Shown: piece by piece, positions 33,844 through 46,283 of the stretch | How positions within the stretch are numbered: position 1 is the stretch's first letter | Layout of the letters: each line of letters begins with the position of its first letter | From: an uncultured Acidimicrobiia bacterium | GTDB taxonomy: Bacteria; Acidobacteriota; Terriglobia; Versatilivoradales; Versatilivoraceae | Length of the DNA: 64,000 nt | Direction of reading: 5' to 3' | NCBI GenBank assembly: GCA_963786955.1 | Contig: CAWBAT010000006.1 | Coordinates: forward strand, 192,001 to 256,000 | The notes under the pieces: generated by a model | The model's database searches: none | Told to the model about the DNA's origin: nothing | Seen by the model: the letters and a program-made list of their open reading frames with translations, nothing else | Made by a program: the position numbers and the translations under genes

Positions 33844-34755
33844 TCACGATTTTGTGCCTCCGAATCGACGGCTGGATTGTCGGGTTAACAAGACCCCACT
33901 CAGGACAAGGCATCCTCCGATTACAAAGTTTGCTGTCAGCTTTTCTGAGAGGATATAGGTGGACGAGACTGTCGTCACAACAGGCTGAAGATAGGTCAAA
34001 GATGCAAAACGCGAAGCGGACATATGACGAAGGGCATAATAAAATATTAAGGGCGCCAACACAGAAGCCATGACTGCAACATAGAGAAATGATGCCACGA
34101 CGTTCCATGTAAGGGCGGAGCTGGAAAAGGAAAGAAACGACGGCAAGCCTAGGGGGAAAAGAAGACAAGCGCCTGCAAAATACGTAAAAGCCGTGGAGGG
34201 CACAGGACCGTATCGAACAGAACCTTCCTTGCTTAGAACGGTGTAATACGCAAACGCCACGGAACCACAGAAGGTGAGTAGATCTCCAACCAAATATTCG
34301 GTATGGAACCTCAAATCGTGATCAAGATTAAGGCAGACAATTCCAACAATAGACAAACTCATGCCCAGAATCCTTATAGGCGTGAGTTTCTCCTGGCCTT
34401 GCATCCAGGCAAAAAGCATGGTGAACAACGGCGCAACAGTGACTATGACAGCCGAATGCGCCACCGTCGTAAAATGAAGGCCTGTGATGAACAACAATTG
34501 ATTCAGAACTAATCCTAAAAATGCCAGCTTGAAGAAAAAAACAAAATCACCCATCTTCAGACCATGAATGCCTTGTTTGTCCTTTTAAGCCGATGGATCA
34601 CGTAAAGAATAATGGCGGCAGCGGTCGTGCGAAAAGAAGTGACCCCTAAGGGAGACATGGCCCTGAGGCACACTTTTAGGGCGATGAAGTTGCCACACCA
34701 AATTGCAATTAAAGTTCCGACGAGGAATATATAGCTTAATCTTTGTGACGCGCAT
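33844..34755 (-). CDS. DMT/EamA family transporter; frameshifted
   Basis: NQLLFITGLHFTTVAHSAVI, GDLL, YLQPVV. Confidence 0.85.
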
Positions 34756-36193
34756 TCAGCATCTTTGTTCGGACTTGTTCCACGACATTAGAGAATTCTC
34801 CCGACTTGAAGCCGGAAACGACTCTCTCTTCATAGAGGACCTCGCCCCCAATCATGGTCATTCGTACATCAGAAGCTCTGCATGAGAAGACCAGAGCGTC
34901 GGTCGGTGAGAAAACTGGCTGTACGTGATACCCGGTGAGATCGACAGCAATGATATCCGCCAGTTTACCCGCATCCAATGACCCGATTTCTTTTGACATT
35001 CCAAGCGCTTCGGCACCTCCCAAGGTACCCAATCTCAGCAATTCGGCCGATGAAAGAAGGGCATCCCTTTGTAAGTCGGTGTCGTTATTGCTGGGAGGGC
35101 CACAAACTGTCGGATTGCTCCGCGTCAATCGCATTTCTTCAAACAAGTCCATTGAGTTATTGCTCGCGACACTGTCAGTCCCCAACCCCAAGCGAATGGC
35201 TCTTCTGTGTATCTCTTTCAGATTCATGTATCCATGTCCCAATTTCCAGTTGGACTTGGGACAATGAGCAACGGCGGCCTTTTGAGTTCGAATAATCTCA
35301 CAATCTTTTTCCTCTAAATGAATACAATGTACGAGAAGAGTGAATTCTTCAATAACTCCGAGGTTGTGAAGATACTGGACGGGAGTGGTTCGTGGGGGAA
35401 TCCAAGGAATGCCTCGTTCGCGGTAAGAATGGGCGATCGGGCCGGTCCCGTCTTGTAGCCATTGTCTCTCCGCAACCGATTCCCCGACATGGATGCAAAC
35501 GGGAAGGCCCTCCTTTCTTGCAAATTGATGCACCGCCAAAAATAAAGGCGCACTGACGGTATAGGGGGCATGAGGCGATACGCCCAAGCGAATTCGTTTC
35601 TTTCGCTCGGCCGCGGTTGCCTCTCGGTCACTGGAATTGGGTCCATGAATCGGGCAGAGGATGCTGGAGGCCGGAGATCTTGCGATCTGCGCCCGGCGCT
35701 CTTGAAGATTGGCCTTCCAGCGTTTGCATGGCTATGTTGGCATCTTCAGGCCTTGGAGAAAACACTTCCTGGTAGAGGACTCCTCGAATTCCCGTACTTA
35801 AAGCTGCTTCAAGCGTGCCCCCCAAATCCATAGCGTCGCCAACCGTTGTAATGCCCGCTTGGATCGCCTCAATGGCGCCCAAGAGTGCCGATACCAGAAT
35901 ATCTTCATAAGTCAAAATCTCATATTTTGTTCTGGTCAGTTCGCGAATCCAGCTCCAAAAACTAAGCCCTTCTAAGTATCCCCGTAGGATCGAAAGCTCC
36001 AGGTGTGAGTGAACATTCACGAACCCTGGCAGAAGGACTGAAGCGGGAAAATGTTTGACCGGATGATGGGGTAGCGTGGCCCATGGCCTTCTGATTGCCA
36101 AGATCAACGATCCGGTCCCCTTCAACCACAACGGCGCCGTCCTCGATCAATGGAGAACTAATCGGTAATCACCCAGGGGCTGGAAAGAATCAT
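34736..36193 (-). CDS. Amidohydrolase (MTA/SAH deaminase-like); frameshifted
   Basis: LLPGFVNVHSHL, GITT, SPHAPYTVS, IHVGES, HCPKSN.KL, LGTDS.ASNN, GKLADI. Confidence 0.9.
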
Positions 36194-36963
36194 GAGAGGA
36201 TACACGCTTCATCAAACGGCTCCAGGACGTACGAGGCAATATTGCGGGACTTATCCATTTTGAAACCGTAGCCAAATAGCCGTTGCCGAAAAGCTCCAAG
36301 AAACGGTGACGCAGTTTCATTTGGATGCTTGCGAGCCGAAACAGGATCGGAAGTCTTGAGTTCTTGCATATTCAAAGGGAGTTCGATGTAGACTGCCTCA
36401 TTTGAAGCAGACTCGAGAAGGAAATTGTTCGAAATTCGCGCCGCCACACGTGGAGCGGGACAGATGCCATTCCGCCAGAAGCCGATCCGTAGGCAAGTTC
36501 CCATGGAGGGGACTGCTTGTCGCCCCATAGATGTCGACATCATAGTGCCGGCAGATCACGCCCAGCGACTCAATATTAAAATATGCATTGCGTATTTCCA
36601 GCGGATCAAACGTCCATTCCACTCTGGTAATTCCGCGGTTAAGGGCGTCTTGGCGTTGAGCCAGTTTAAGACTCCTTCCAATCCCGAGATTTCGATATTC
36701 CGGCAAGACCCCCATCATATGCGAATGAAGATAGACTCTTCCTTCCCTGTAGCCAGGTACAGCCGTCAGAAAACCCAGCAGATTATTTTCGCCGTCGATC
36801 GCCCCAAAACTTGTCCCCCGATTCTTCCGCTCACGACAAGAGAGCGCAAAGGGAGGAGTTCACGGTCCGAAAACCCCCAAACCTTTCGTTGGATCTCAAG
36901 GCATTCGTGTAATCGTTTAATGTCGGAAAGAGGTTCGATCCGATAGTTTCGAGAGGATGGCAT
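36190..36963 (-). CDS. GNAT-family N-acetyltransferase; frameshifted
   Basis: SHMMGVLPEYRNLGIGRSLKLAQR..WTFDPL..RNAYFN..PTDRLLAEW. Confidence 0.85.
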
Positions 36964-37236
36964 CAGGATGGATACAGGATGGATTTTCGGGCAATCTAAC
37001 AAGCTTCTCGCGGGCATTGCGAAAGTAAAATTAACATATCCGTTCCAGAGCGGGTCAACGGAACGCCCTCAAACTGCAATTCCCGCCAATAGACTCCACA
37101 ATTAACGGAAGAACCATTCCGTGCTCGTCCGGCACTTCAGTCCAGCTTCGGAACAATCTCTTTGAGACATCGACATCGGAATCAAAGTAAAGTAGAGCGT
37201 AAAGGGCTCGCCTAGATTGGCCCAAGGAGGGGGAAT

Positions 37237-38109
37237 ATGCAGATTATATGGCGCGTGCTGATTGCATTGGGAATTGTGATCTTGATCGTCCTTTTTCTGG
37301 CAAACCCTAAGCATGAAATGGGCACGGGCGAAAACGGCAATGAGCTTTTCAAACCGACTGGGGTCTCCATGCTTTATGGGACGATGGCCAGGCAGAAGTC
37401 GCCACCTATGATGCTCATTGCGTGATTTACGGTAGATCGAGAAGCTATCAGGCAACACTCATTACCGTAAAGGAAGATTTTGATCCAAGGATCCTACGTG
37501 AAGGCCGATCATCCGCTCCAAGGGCAACCCCACCCCGTCGTTTTAAAACTCAATATCGCCGCTTCAATTCCGACCGAAAACTATACGTATCATTTCTTAA
37601 CCAGCTTATTTGTCAGTCGCGAAAACCCGTCCCGTTTGATCAAATTAACCATGGGGAGTCAGGAGTGGTGCGGAAACACATTCAAGGAAATTCAAAATTG
37701 GGGGCACCCCGCCACGCTGCACTACTTCTCTTACTTTGATGGCGAAGGGGATGGCTCCATTTCTCTCCCGCTTGGCCCAGACGACTTACTGGAGGATCAA
37801 GTCCCAATTACCTTAAGATCTCTCCGTTTTCGAGAAGGTTTGCGACATCCCATTCGCATCGTGGATTCGTTTGTGGCCAATCGAGCCACTCCTCCGAAAT
37901 TTACGGATGCAGAAATTCTTGTGCAAGCAAGCGAGACCATTCATTTAATTGACTGTTGGAAGGTTCAACTTCAGCGCCCAGGAAATCAGCAGTCATACTG
38001 GTTTGAAAAGGCCTATCCCAATATCCTCGTCAAAAGTGTCTCGGGGGATGGAAGAGAACTGGCACTGAAAGAACGGAATCGCCGCAAATATTGGGAGCAT
38101 CCGTATTAA
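37237..38109 (+). CDS. Conserved hypothetical exported protein; frameshifted
   Basis: N-terminal TM; joined frames give ITVKEDF..KLN..IPTENYTYH..SQEWCGNTFK..YFDGEGD..RRKYW. Confidence 0.65.
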
Positions 38110-38167
38110 ATCGCGACACCCGGAAAGAGTGCAACAGGGATCTACGAAGCTCGCTATTTTCCCAGAG

Positions 38168-38623
38168 TCATGCCCTGGGAGCCAACCTGCTAAAAACACG
38201 CCCTAATGAAGCGCTCAGGATTCCTAGTATGGGGCCGAAAATCAATCCTGCCGTGCGCGCCATCATCGCTTTTCCAATCGGTACATTGGTTCCAGGCGGA
38301 ACATTTAACGCGTCCCAGTGAATGAAATACGTGTTCAGATTGCCCAAATAGCTGATCAATGTGGCTAGGAAAACAAGCACTTCTGCCGCAGAGCAGACTA
38401 CAATTCCAACCAGAATCGTTCCACTCCACGTAAATTTACCGACTGTTGCGGAAAGCGCGCCAAAGTAGAAACTACTGACTAACATGAGGCCAACAACAGA
38501 AAACATCGCATTGCCCCGCGGTGCGTAGGGAACTCCGGCAATCCCCAAGCTGAATCGAGCGATCGTATAAATCACGAGCAAAACAACCGGGAGCCGCACA
38601 AACAAAAGAACTTTGGATAACAT
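38168..38623 (-). CDS. Hypothetical 4-TM membrane protein
   Basis: Hydrophobic ORF with a strong SD (AAGGAGG) upstream. Confidence 0.75.
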   Translation of the reverse strand: MLSKVLLFVRLPVVLLVIYTIARFSLGIAGVPYAPRGNAMFSVVGLMLVSSFYFGALSATVGKFTWSGTILVGIVVCSAAEVLVFLATLISYLGNLNTYFIHWDALNVPPGTNVPIGKAMMARTAGLIFGPILGILSASLGRVFSRLAPRA

Positions 38624-38690
38624 ACTTCCTGCCTCCTTACGCCTGTTCCTTCCTTTTGGACGTTGGTTCGATCAACCGCTTTGCATTCTT

Positions 38691-40082
38691 CTAACTCGTG
38701 GAAGCGTGGCTCACGGGCGTCGGGATAGTGGACTTCGGGATTCGAATCACAAACATCGTTCCCTTCCCGACCTCACTCGTAACGGAAATGGATCCTCGAT
38801 GTAATTCGATGAGCTTATGAACCAAAAAAAGTCCAATTCCGAGCCCAGGCCGATGGGAAGCCTGGGAACGGGCTCGATAGAATTTCTGAAAAACATTGGG
38901 CAGGGCATCGGGCTCGATTCCGACTCCATTGTCCGAGAAATAAATAACAATCTGATGCTCCTCTTCCCTCGCCACGACTTCAATCCGGGGATCTTTCGAA
39001 CAAAACTTAATGGAATTGGAAACAAGATTCTGGAATACCTGCTGTAACAGATCCAGATTCCCCTCAATCAAAACAGGCTGAGGAGGCATGTCTACAATGA
39101 ATTGAATGTTTTTGCTCTTTAGTTCCGGTTCCATGAAACGGCTGGTGTGATTAATGATATCCGCAATCGAGACTGTTCCAAATTTCTGCAAGCTGGAAAA
39201 TTCTGCCTGCTCAACCTTCACGGAAAGAAGCAAATTATTAATGAGGCGCATCAGACGTTGGCATTCTTCCGTCATAATTGAGACAATCTCGCTCTTTTCG
39301 TTCTCCTGGAAGAGCGAATTGGGGTAGCTCTTCAAGATCGTTAAGTAGCCATAAATCGTGGTCAATGGGGTTCTTAATTCATGGGACACGTTGGCGATGT
39401 AATCATGCCGCAGTTGAGAGAGTTCTTGAGTATCCGAAATCTGTTTGGAAAGCTGAAATGTGACAGCAAACTGGTCGGCACAGAATTTCAATCCATCGAT
39501 TTCAGCTTGAATGAATTGATGGGGCCTCCGGTAACCAATGATAAAATATCCAAACTGGTACGATTTCACCTTGCAAGGAAAACCAAGCAAAGAACACGTC
39601 TCTTCCATGACCTTTAATAGGCGCGATTTCTGAAAATCCTCAAACGACAGAGGGACAGTCTGATCATCCAGACCTCCCAAGATAATCTTCCGACGTTCCA
39701 GCTCATTGAAGGTATCAAGAAGACTCAAATCGACACCGATACAAATATTGATCCCAGACTTACTCCCGTGATCCAGAGAAAGGATGCCCAAGTCAATTGA
39801 CAGAATTTCGAGCATTCTGGAAAATGCAGACTGCAGCGATTGTTCACTATCGTGCACATGTCGAAGGATGCTGGTAATCTCACTAAACAAGAATGATTCC
39901 AGCTGGTTCGACTCTTTCGCTTGTTCAAGCGCCCGAATGAGTCTACTGATGTGATCCTTGTTTTCTTGAAGTGAAATTGCCAATTTTTCACTTTTCTTCT
40001 GTTCATCACCCATCTTGCTGATCAGGTACAAGATCAAAACCATACAGAAGATTAGGATGACGGTTAGAAAATCAGGAATCAC
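38691..40082 (-). CDS. Membrane-anchored sensor histidine kinase with GAF-like domain
   Basis: N-terminal TM; VSHELRTPL, NLVSNSIKF, DNGVGI, GLGIGL, GKGTMF. Confidence 0.92.
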   Translation of the reverse strand: MIPDFLTVILIFCMVLILYLISKMGDEQKKSEKLAISLQENKDHISRLIRALEQAKESNQLESFLFSEITSILRHVHDSEQSLQSAFSRMLEILSIDLGILSLDHGSKSGINICIGVDLSLLDTFNELERRKIILGGLDDQTVPLSFEDFQKSRLLKVMEETCSLLGFPCKVKSYQFGYFIIGYRRPHQFIQAEIDGLKFCADQFAVTFQLSKQISDTQELSQLRHDYIANVSHELRTPLTTIYGYLTILKSYPNSLFQENEKSEIVSIMTEECQRLMRLINNLLLSVKVEQAEFSSLQKFGTVSIADIINHTSRFMEPELKSKNIQFIVDMPPQPVLIEGNLDLLQQVFQNLVSNSIKFCSKDPRIEVVAREEEHQIVIYFSDNGVGIEPDALPNVFQKFYRARSQASHRPGLGIGLFLVHKLIELHRGSISVTSEVGKGTMFVIRIPKSTIPTPVSHASTS

Positions 40083-40464
40083 CTTTTGGTCCTTTTCAAG
40101 AGTTCACGAGAACGGAGCCGGGCAGGTTATTAACATTCAATGAGGCACGTGAAAGCAAGCCCAATTCTCCGCTTCCTGACATGCGTAGATTACTCGCACC
40201 GAGAGTGTCCGTTAGGGTAGCATGAATAGGCGTTTCAGTATTACTGATTGATAAGGGGTAGCTGCGACATTCGTTACAAGCCAAGGTAATTTTATCTCAG
40301 CTTTTCCGGTTAAGAAAGCCCTCTTCCCCCTGTCTTAGGGTTCATGACCTTGCGATATTTGAATCAGACCACCACCCACGCAACGGCTTGAGCGACTTGC
40401 ATTCAACCTAAGATCTTATATCGGAGATAGCGCTATTATTCCGTTGGAATAAAGTAAAGGTTGA

Positions 40465-41511
40465 TTGCAGCAGACCATGAAACCCTTAAAGATCGAAAAT
40501 AATATACAAAATACAGTTATAAAACCTCGCATCAAACTCGGGTTTGATAATTATTCAATCCGGGCGCTCGGTTGGAGTGCGCCAAAACTTCTGGATCACG
40601 CTTCCAGATTGAATGTGGACTCAATTCTGTTTTCCGATTTAGATGTTTACGAAAATCACGGCGATCATTATCTCAAAGAAATCAAGTCCAGAGCTAGAGA
40701 CCTAGGAATCGAAATCCATACCGGGACTGCCAGTATTTGTCCTTCTTCAAATACTTTCGAAAAGCGGTTTGGGACCGCCGAAGAACATTTGGGATTAGCC
40801 ATCAAGGTCGCCGGACGGGTTGGCTCTCCCGTGGTTCGCTGTTACCAAGGAAACTTCAAGGATCGTTCTAGCCCCGGCGGGATTGAATTCCACATGAAGA
40901 ACACCCTCCAAGTTTTGAAAGCAGTTAAAAGTCAAGCGATGGAAGTAGGAGTGAAAATTGCTGTTGAAAATCATGCAGGAGACATGCAAGCCTGGGAGTT
41001 AGTCACTTTAATTGAAGATGCCGGGACGGACTATGTCGGGGCTACAATGGATTGCGGGAACGCAACCTGGGCGCTTGAAGATCCCCTTCAAAACCTGGAA
41101 ATTCTCGGCCCTTATGCCGTGACAACCGGTATTCGGGACTCCATGGTTTGGGAGTCTGTCGAAGGCGCTATTGTTCAGTGGACTGCAATGGGTGAAGGGA
41201 TCGTTGATTTTGCGTCCTACCTAAGACGATTCTCCGTGCTTTGCCCAAACGTCCCTGTGCAATTGGAAATTATTTCAGGTTTTTCCAGAGCCTTCCCCTA
41301 TCTCGGGACCGATTTCTGGAAAGATTATGCCAATGCGCGGGCTCATGAATTTGCCCAATTTGTGGCAATGGCCAAACGAGGAACCCCTCTCAAGCCTTTC
41401 AGGGCTCCCGTCGGCGAAGACCTTACAATTGCGGAACAATGCTATCAATTGGACCAACTGGAACGCAGCATACAATACTGCAGGAAGACATTGGGGCTAG
41501 GTCTGCGATGA
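40465..41511 (+). CDS. Sugar phosphate isomerase/epimerase (xylose isomerase-like TIM barrel)
   Basis: [27 protein letters not shown]. Confidence 0.85.
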   Translation: MQQTMKPLKIENNIQNTVIKPRIKLGFDNYSIRALGWSAPKLLDHASRLNVDSILFSDLDVYENHGDHYLKEIKSRARDLGIEIHTGTASICPSSNTFEKRFGTAEEHLGLAIKVAGRVGSPVVRCYQGNFKDRSSPGGIEFHMKNTLQVLKAVKSQAMEVGVKIAVENHAGDMQAWELVTLIEDAGTDYVGATMDCGNATWALEDPLQNLEILGPYAVTTGIRDSMVWESVEGAIVQWTAMGEGIVDFASYLRRFSVLCPNVPVQLEIISGFSRAFPYLGTDFWKDYANARAHEFAQFVAMAKRGTPLKPFRAPVGEDLTIAEQCYQLDQLERSIQYCRKTLGLGLR

Positions 41512-41569
41512 AAACGCCTCTAGGGATGTGTAAATTGGGCACTCTCACCCCATCCCAGGTTTCCAAGGT

Positions 41570-42451
41570 TTAGGGGATAACTCCTTCTTGATCCAACATC
41601 CTAAGCAGGTATTTTCCATAACTGCTGCCTTTCATATTCTCGGCAATCTGCACAACCTTGTCTGCGGTAATGTATCCCTGCAAAAAGGCAATTTCTTCCA
41701 GACAAGCTACCATGAGACCCTGCCGTTCTTGGAGAGCCTGGATGAAGTTTGACGCCTGCAAGAGCGACTCTTGAGTCCCGGTGTCTAACCAGGCAATGCC
41801 GCGCCCAAATTTTTCAACGTGCAAGGCAGAAGCTTCCAAATAGGCTAGATTCACATCCGTGATCTCTAATTCCCCCCGCGCTGAGGGTTTCAAATTGTCA
41901 GCGATATCAACTACTTGATTATCATAAAAATATAAGCCCGTCACGGCAAAGCGGGAGCGTGGTTTGGTGGGCTTTTCCCGCAGGCCCACGGGGACCCCAT
42001 GGGCATCAAATTCGACGACGCCATATCTTTCTGGATCGCTCACCTGATAAGCAAAGATGGTTGCCCCATCTCCCCTCTCGACTGCATTTCTCAAATACCG
42101 TGGCAACCCATGGCCATAGAAAATATTATCTCCAAGAATTAAGGCGACGCGCTCTTTTCCGATAAATTCCCGTCCGATCAGGAACGCCTGGGCTATGCCT
42201 TCCGGACTTTCCTGAGTCGCATAATGAAGGCTTAAGCCCACTCTCTCGCCATCTCCCAGTAGTTCTCGAAACCTGGGCAAATCACGGGGGGTCGAGATAA
42301 TCAAGATCTCGCGGACTCCGGCTAGCATGAGGGTCGAAAGAGGATAATAAATCATAGGTTTGTCGTAAATCGGGATGAGTTGTTTGCTGATTGCTTTTGT
42401 CAAGGGACCAAGCCTTGTTCCAGAGCCCCCTGCCAGGATGATTCCCTTCAT
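41570..42451 (-). CDS. rfbA: Glucose-1-phosphate thymidylyltransferase
   Basis: [48 protein letters not shown]. Confidence 0.97.
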   Translation of the reverse strand: MKGIILAGGSGTRLGPLTKAISKQLIPIYDKPMIYYPLSTLMLAGVREILIISTPRDLPRFRELLGDGERVGLSLHYATQESPEGIAQAFLIGREFIGKERVALILGDNIFYGHGLPRYLRNAVERGDGATIFAYQVSDPERYGVVEFDAHGVPVGLREKPTKPRSRFAVTGLYFYDNQVVDIADNLKPSARGELEITDVNLAYLEASALHVEKFGRGIAWLDTGTQESLLQASNFIQALQERQGLMVACLEEIAFLQGYITADKVVQIAENMKGSSYGKYLLRMLDQEGVIP

Positions 42452-43545
42452 TGAACCGGTTCCTCCTTTGGCAGTCCGAGACGCTCCCTTGAATACTTTC
42501 CCCCCAGTATTTTTTGACACCATTCGCGGTTCTCACAATACCAATGCACTGTTCTTGTGACCCCTGTCTCAAAATCATAGAGAGGAGCCCATCCCAGTTC
42601 ATTCCGAATCTTGCGCCCATCGATCGCATAACGACGATCATGGCCAGGCCGGTCTTGAACAAAAGTCTTCAATGAAGTATAGCCGGGGATCCCTTTGGAA
42701 TATAAAGCTGGATTGTCTTTAGCCGGATGAATCTTTTCCAGGGCAGCGCAAATGCGGTCCACGACCTCCAGGTTCATCCGCTCGTTGTTTCCTCCGATGT
42801 TATACTTCTCCCCTACCTTTCCTCGCTCGACTATCGTCAAGAGCCCTCGGCAGTGATCTTCCACGTAGAGCCAATCACGGACGTTCCCGCCATCCCCATA
42901 GATCGGCAACGATTTTCCTTCCAGTGCATTCAAAAGCGTCAACGGGAAAAGCTTTTCAGGAAACTGATACGGTCCATAATTGTTCGAGCAGTTTGAAATG
43001 GTGACTGGCATTCCATAAGTTTCGTAATAAGCCCTGGCCAGGTGGTCCGCCGCTGCTTTGGAAGCAGCATAAGGCGAATTGGGGGAATAAGGGGTCGTTT
43101 CAGAGAAAAAACCCGTTTCGCCCAAGGCACCATAAACTTCGTCGGTTGAGACCTGGATAAACCGAAACTTGGCACGATCCGATGGCCGGAGATTCTTCCA
43201 ATATATTCTTGTCATTTCAAGGAGTTCTGAAGTCCCCAAAACGTTGGTTACAACAAATGGGCGGGGATCATCAATCGATCGATCGACGTGAGTTTCTGCA
43301 GCAAAATTGATAACACATTCGGGATGATGCTTATTGAGGATACTTTCAACCACAGCACAATCACTGATGTCCCCTTTCACAAAGACGAATCGGGGATGGT
43401 TTAGTACATCTTCCAGATTGTGAAGGCTTCCTGCATACGTCAACTTGTCAAGCACGACGACTCTCGCCTCAGTCTGCTTGAGAACTGTCCGGACGAAATT
43501 GCAGCCAATGAAACCTGCCCCCCCTGTCACCACCACTGATTGCAT
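42448..43545 (-). CDS. rfbB: dTDP-glucose 4,6-dehydratase
   Basis: [45 protein letters not shown]. Confidence 0.97.
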   Translation of the reverse strand: MQSVVVTGGAGFIGCNFVRTVLKQTEARVVVLDKLTYAGSLHNLEDVLNHPRFVFVKGDISDCAVVESILNKHHPECVINFAAETHVDRSIDDPRPFVVTNVLGTSELLEMTRIYWKNLRPSDRAKFRFIQVSTDEVYGALGETGFFSETTPYSPNSPYAASKAAADHLARAYYETYGMPVTISNCSNNYGPYQFPEKLFPLTLLNALEGKSLPIYGDGGNVRDWLYVEDHCRGLLTIVERGKVGEKYNIGGNNERMNLEVVDRICAALEKIHPAKDNPALYSKGIPGYTSLKTFVQDRPGHDRRYAIDGRKIRNELGWAPLYDFETGVTRTVHWYCENREWCQKILGGKYSRERLGLPKEEPVQ

Positions 43546-43730
43546 TCCCTCTCCCTCTCGGTCACCCTAATTCCCACAGCTCTCCACCCAATGCCTGCCC
43601 CGGAGAAGCGATTCGAAGTTTTTCAATTAAACCTGGCCAGGAACCTGCCGGGCTGTCTGACATGGGAGGATCAAGAGAATGCACGAGGAAAAGAGCTCAT
43701 TCGGCTCTTCATGAACGCCTGCTTGCCGAA

Positions 43731-44561
43731 TCAATTTTCCTTCAACTCAACACTAATTGTGAGATCACTCCCTTGTATGACAACGAACTGACGAATGTAC
43801 TTTTTGTAACGACTCTTTCGCAGAATGACTTGGTATTTTCCGGGTTTTAAAGTCAACCGAGAGGGCGTCATCCCAACCAATTGATTATTCAAGAGAATCT
43901 CGGCGCCTTCAGGAGCCGAGTCTACCAGAACATTACTGGTTTCTCCGGCCGCAGTGGTTGCTGCAGCCTCGGACACCTCCTCAGTAGGTTTCGTAGCGGA
44001 TTCTCCAGAGTTTCCCAACATCGATTTTTTTTGCAATCGGGTCGCAATTTCATTGAACACTTCAAACTCAAACTTTCCATTAGATTGGCAAAGCCGCCAT
44101 TCCCCCGAGATGGATGAGTCATCGAAAAACGTCGAGGAGAATCCGTATATCTCTGGACGCAACATGAGTTGAGTCGACTCTTCTGAAACCCTATGAACTT
44201 CTGCATAGATTTTCATTTTCCCGTCTTCCCATTTTTTCATCATACCTCGCGGTGGAATAACGAAGGCTTTAAATCCACTGCTGACCTTTGAAAAATGACG
44301 GTTATGCGAAAAAATGACGTAGCCGGTTTCAATCTTCCCCAACGATTTTTCTCTGATCTTAAACTTAAACCCATATTCCACGAGAAGATCGTCCAAGCTT
44401 TGCCAGACCTGGTCATAATCTGCCTGAAATGTTGAGCGATCCATAGACTTATCGCTATCGACCGGGGGGACCATCTTGCTCTGGGGTGACGATTCATCTC
44501 CCCAGACAAGGGAAGGGGTGATGAGCCAAGCAAAGAGAATGACTATGGAAATTCGTTTCAT
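43731..44561 (-). CDS. Secreted PEGA-domain protein
   Basis: Signal peptide; C-terminal VDSAPEGAEILLNNQLVGMTP..PGKYQV. Confidence 0.82.
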   Translation of the reverse strand: MKRISIVILFAWLITPSLVWGDESSPQSKMVPPVDSDKSMDRSTFQADYDQVWQSLDDLLVEYGFKFKIREKSLGKIETGYVIFSHNRHFSKVSSGFKAFVIPPRGMMKKWEDGKMKIYAEVHRVSEESTQLMLRPEIYGFSSTFFDDSSISGEWRLCQSNGKFEFEVFNEIATRLQKKSMLGNSGESATKPTEEVSEAAATTAAGETSNVLVDSAPEGAEILLNNQLVGMTPSRLTLKPGKYQVILRKSRYKKYIRQFVVIQGSDLTISVELKEN

Positions 44562-44663
44562 AAATGACGATCGACCGCGAGCCACCTCAATGGATCTATC
44601 GGCCTCGATGAATAAAAGTACAGTCAATTGAATAGATTAGGGGCAAAAGCAAACAAATTTTCC

Positions 44664-46142
44664 TTATCTCATGGAGAAGCAACCTTGAAACTGTAGTGTT
44701 TGATAAAGATATTCGCCCTGCCGCTTTGCAACAGATCTAAACTCCCATTCCCAAATCGTAGCCAGGACATCTTGTGGCAAGGAGGCTCCTGCTGTATTCT
44801 TTTTGAGCTGCGTGACTTCCCTAACTCTGCCTTTTCCGTCAATGACAACCCGAACCACGAAGGTTTCCCCGCCCATCTCTTCAAGCGCTGCATCCGACAA
44901 TACAATCTTCTTCATTTGCACGAGCTGAGGCTCACGAATCGAAATGGAAATGTCCGAAACAACTAATTCCGGCCTTGGCGAATGGGTGTTGTTCTGGCCG
45001 GGCGTTTCTTTACCAGGTTCCGATGGGAGTTTTGATGGGCTCTCTACTTGTGCAGGGGCAGCGGAGGGAGTCTTCGTGGAGATATTTAGCTGCCGATTTA
45101 CGATCCATAGGCCCATTTTCATGACTGACCTCAGCTGGACCTGGAGTTGAGCCAATTGGGGGAGAATTTGGCGAATTGGACTCACTCGATTCGAAAGGAG
45201 GATCGTTGACTCGGTTTGGAGACAGTCTGCCCAAACTTATGCCAGATGAAGTATAAAGTCGCGAAGAGTTACGAAAACGAGGAGGGTCAGCATCGCCCAA
45301 TTCCAGTCCAATTTCTTCACTGGCCGCAGGGGTAACATGACTCGAGTTTTGCGTCCTTTGGTTTTGGAGAGAACTTCGGGGTCTACCCGCAAAGGCGCAT
45401 TGGGTTTGTGTTTTTCGGGCGAAGGAGGCGTTTGGATTTTGGTCTTGTCGTCCTTTGCCCACACTTTGGGGGATTTTGGATACATCTTCGAGGGCTGTGA
45501 CTTTAACCGGGGGGGCCTGCAACCTTCACTTCATGCTCAACTTCGGGCTCTTTCTTGATCTTGAAAGGTTGAAGCGAAGCCAACTCATTTTCCGCGGGAG
45601 GGAGTTCAGTCGAAGGTGATTGAACAAGTAAGGCTTGGTGAGGCGTGATCGGCTCTGGAATGGGTGATTGGGTTACTTCTTGATTCTCCTCGATGGGTTT
45701 GGAAGGCAGAACTTCCTGGGGAACATCGATTCGACTTTGCGGCTGAATCTTGTTGCGAGAATGACTCAATTGCTCGAACACTATCCAGATTGCTTTTTTC
45801 AGGGCTTCACGCTGAAAAGGCTTCACGAAATAATGGAGCGCTCCATATTTTTCAGTAATATCTCGGCGAGCCCGCTCATCACGGTAGAATGCCGTGTAGA
45901 AAATCACCGGCGCTCGAAAACCATGCTTCCCAAACGCAATTGTGGAACCAAATTCGAAGCCCTCCGACCGGCCGGGTTAGAACCTCAATCACGACCAAAT
46001 CAGGAACATTAACTTTTGCATCATCAATAGCTTGCTTAGGATTCGGTTGGACGGTAACCTGAATGCCTTCTGCTTCTAAGCCCAGCTTGAGCTCCATGAT
46101 TTCGTTATCTAAGTGATCAACGAATAAAACATGCCCCGCCAT
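44664..46142 (-). CDS. Receiver-like domain + Pro-rich linker + TM + TonB-C-like domain; multiply frameshifted
   Basis: HVLFVD..PDLVVIE..PVIFYTA..GALHYFVKPF at the N-terminus; VVRVVIDGKGRVREV..IWEWEF at the C-terminus. Confidence 0.65.
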
Positions 46143-46283
46143 AGAATTATCTTCCTCGCCCTATAGATACCCAAGATACTATCATAAATTGCTTCCAACA
46201 CAGGGAGATGAACCAATTAAAGTCACCGACTGGATCCACCGATCGTCTCGGTAGGATCTACGAACTGGATTAGGGCGTCAGCC

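Noticed and set aside
41570-43545. rmlB-rmlA without rmlC/rmlD as a novel sugar pathway
   Set aside because: Split rml loci are common; the other genes may lie elsewhere in the genome.
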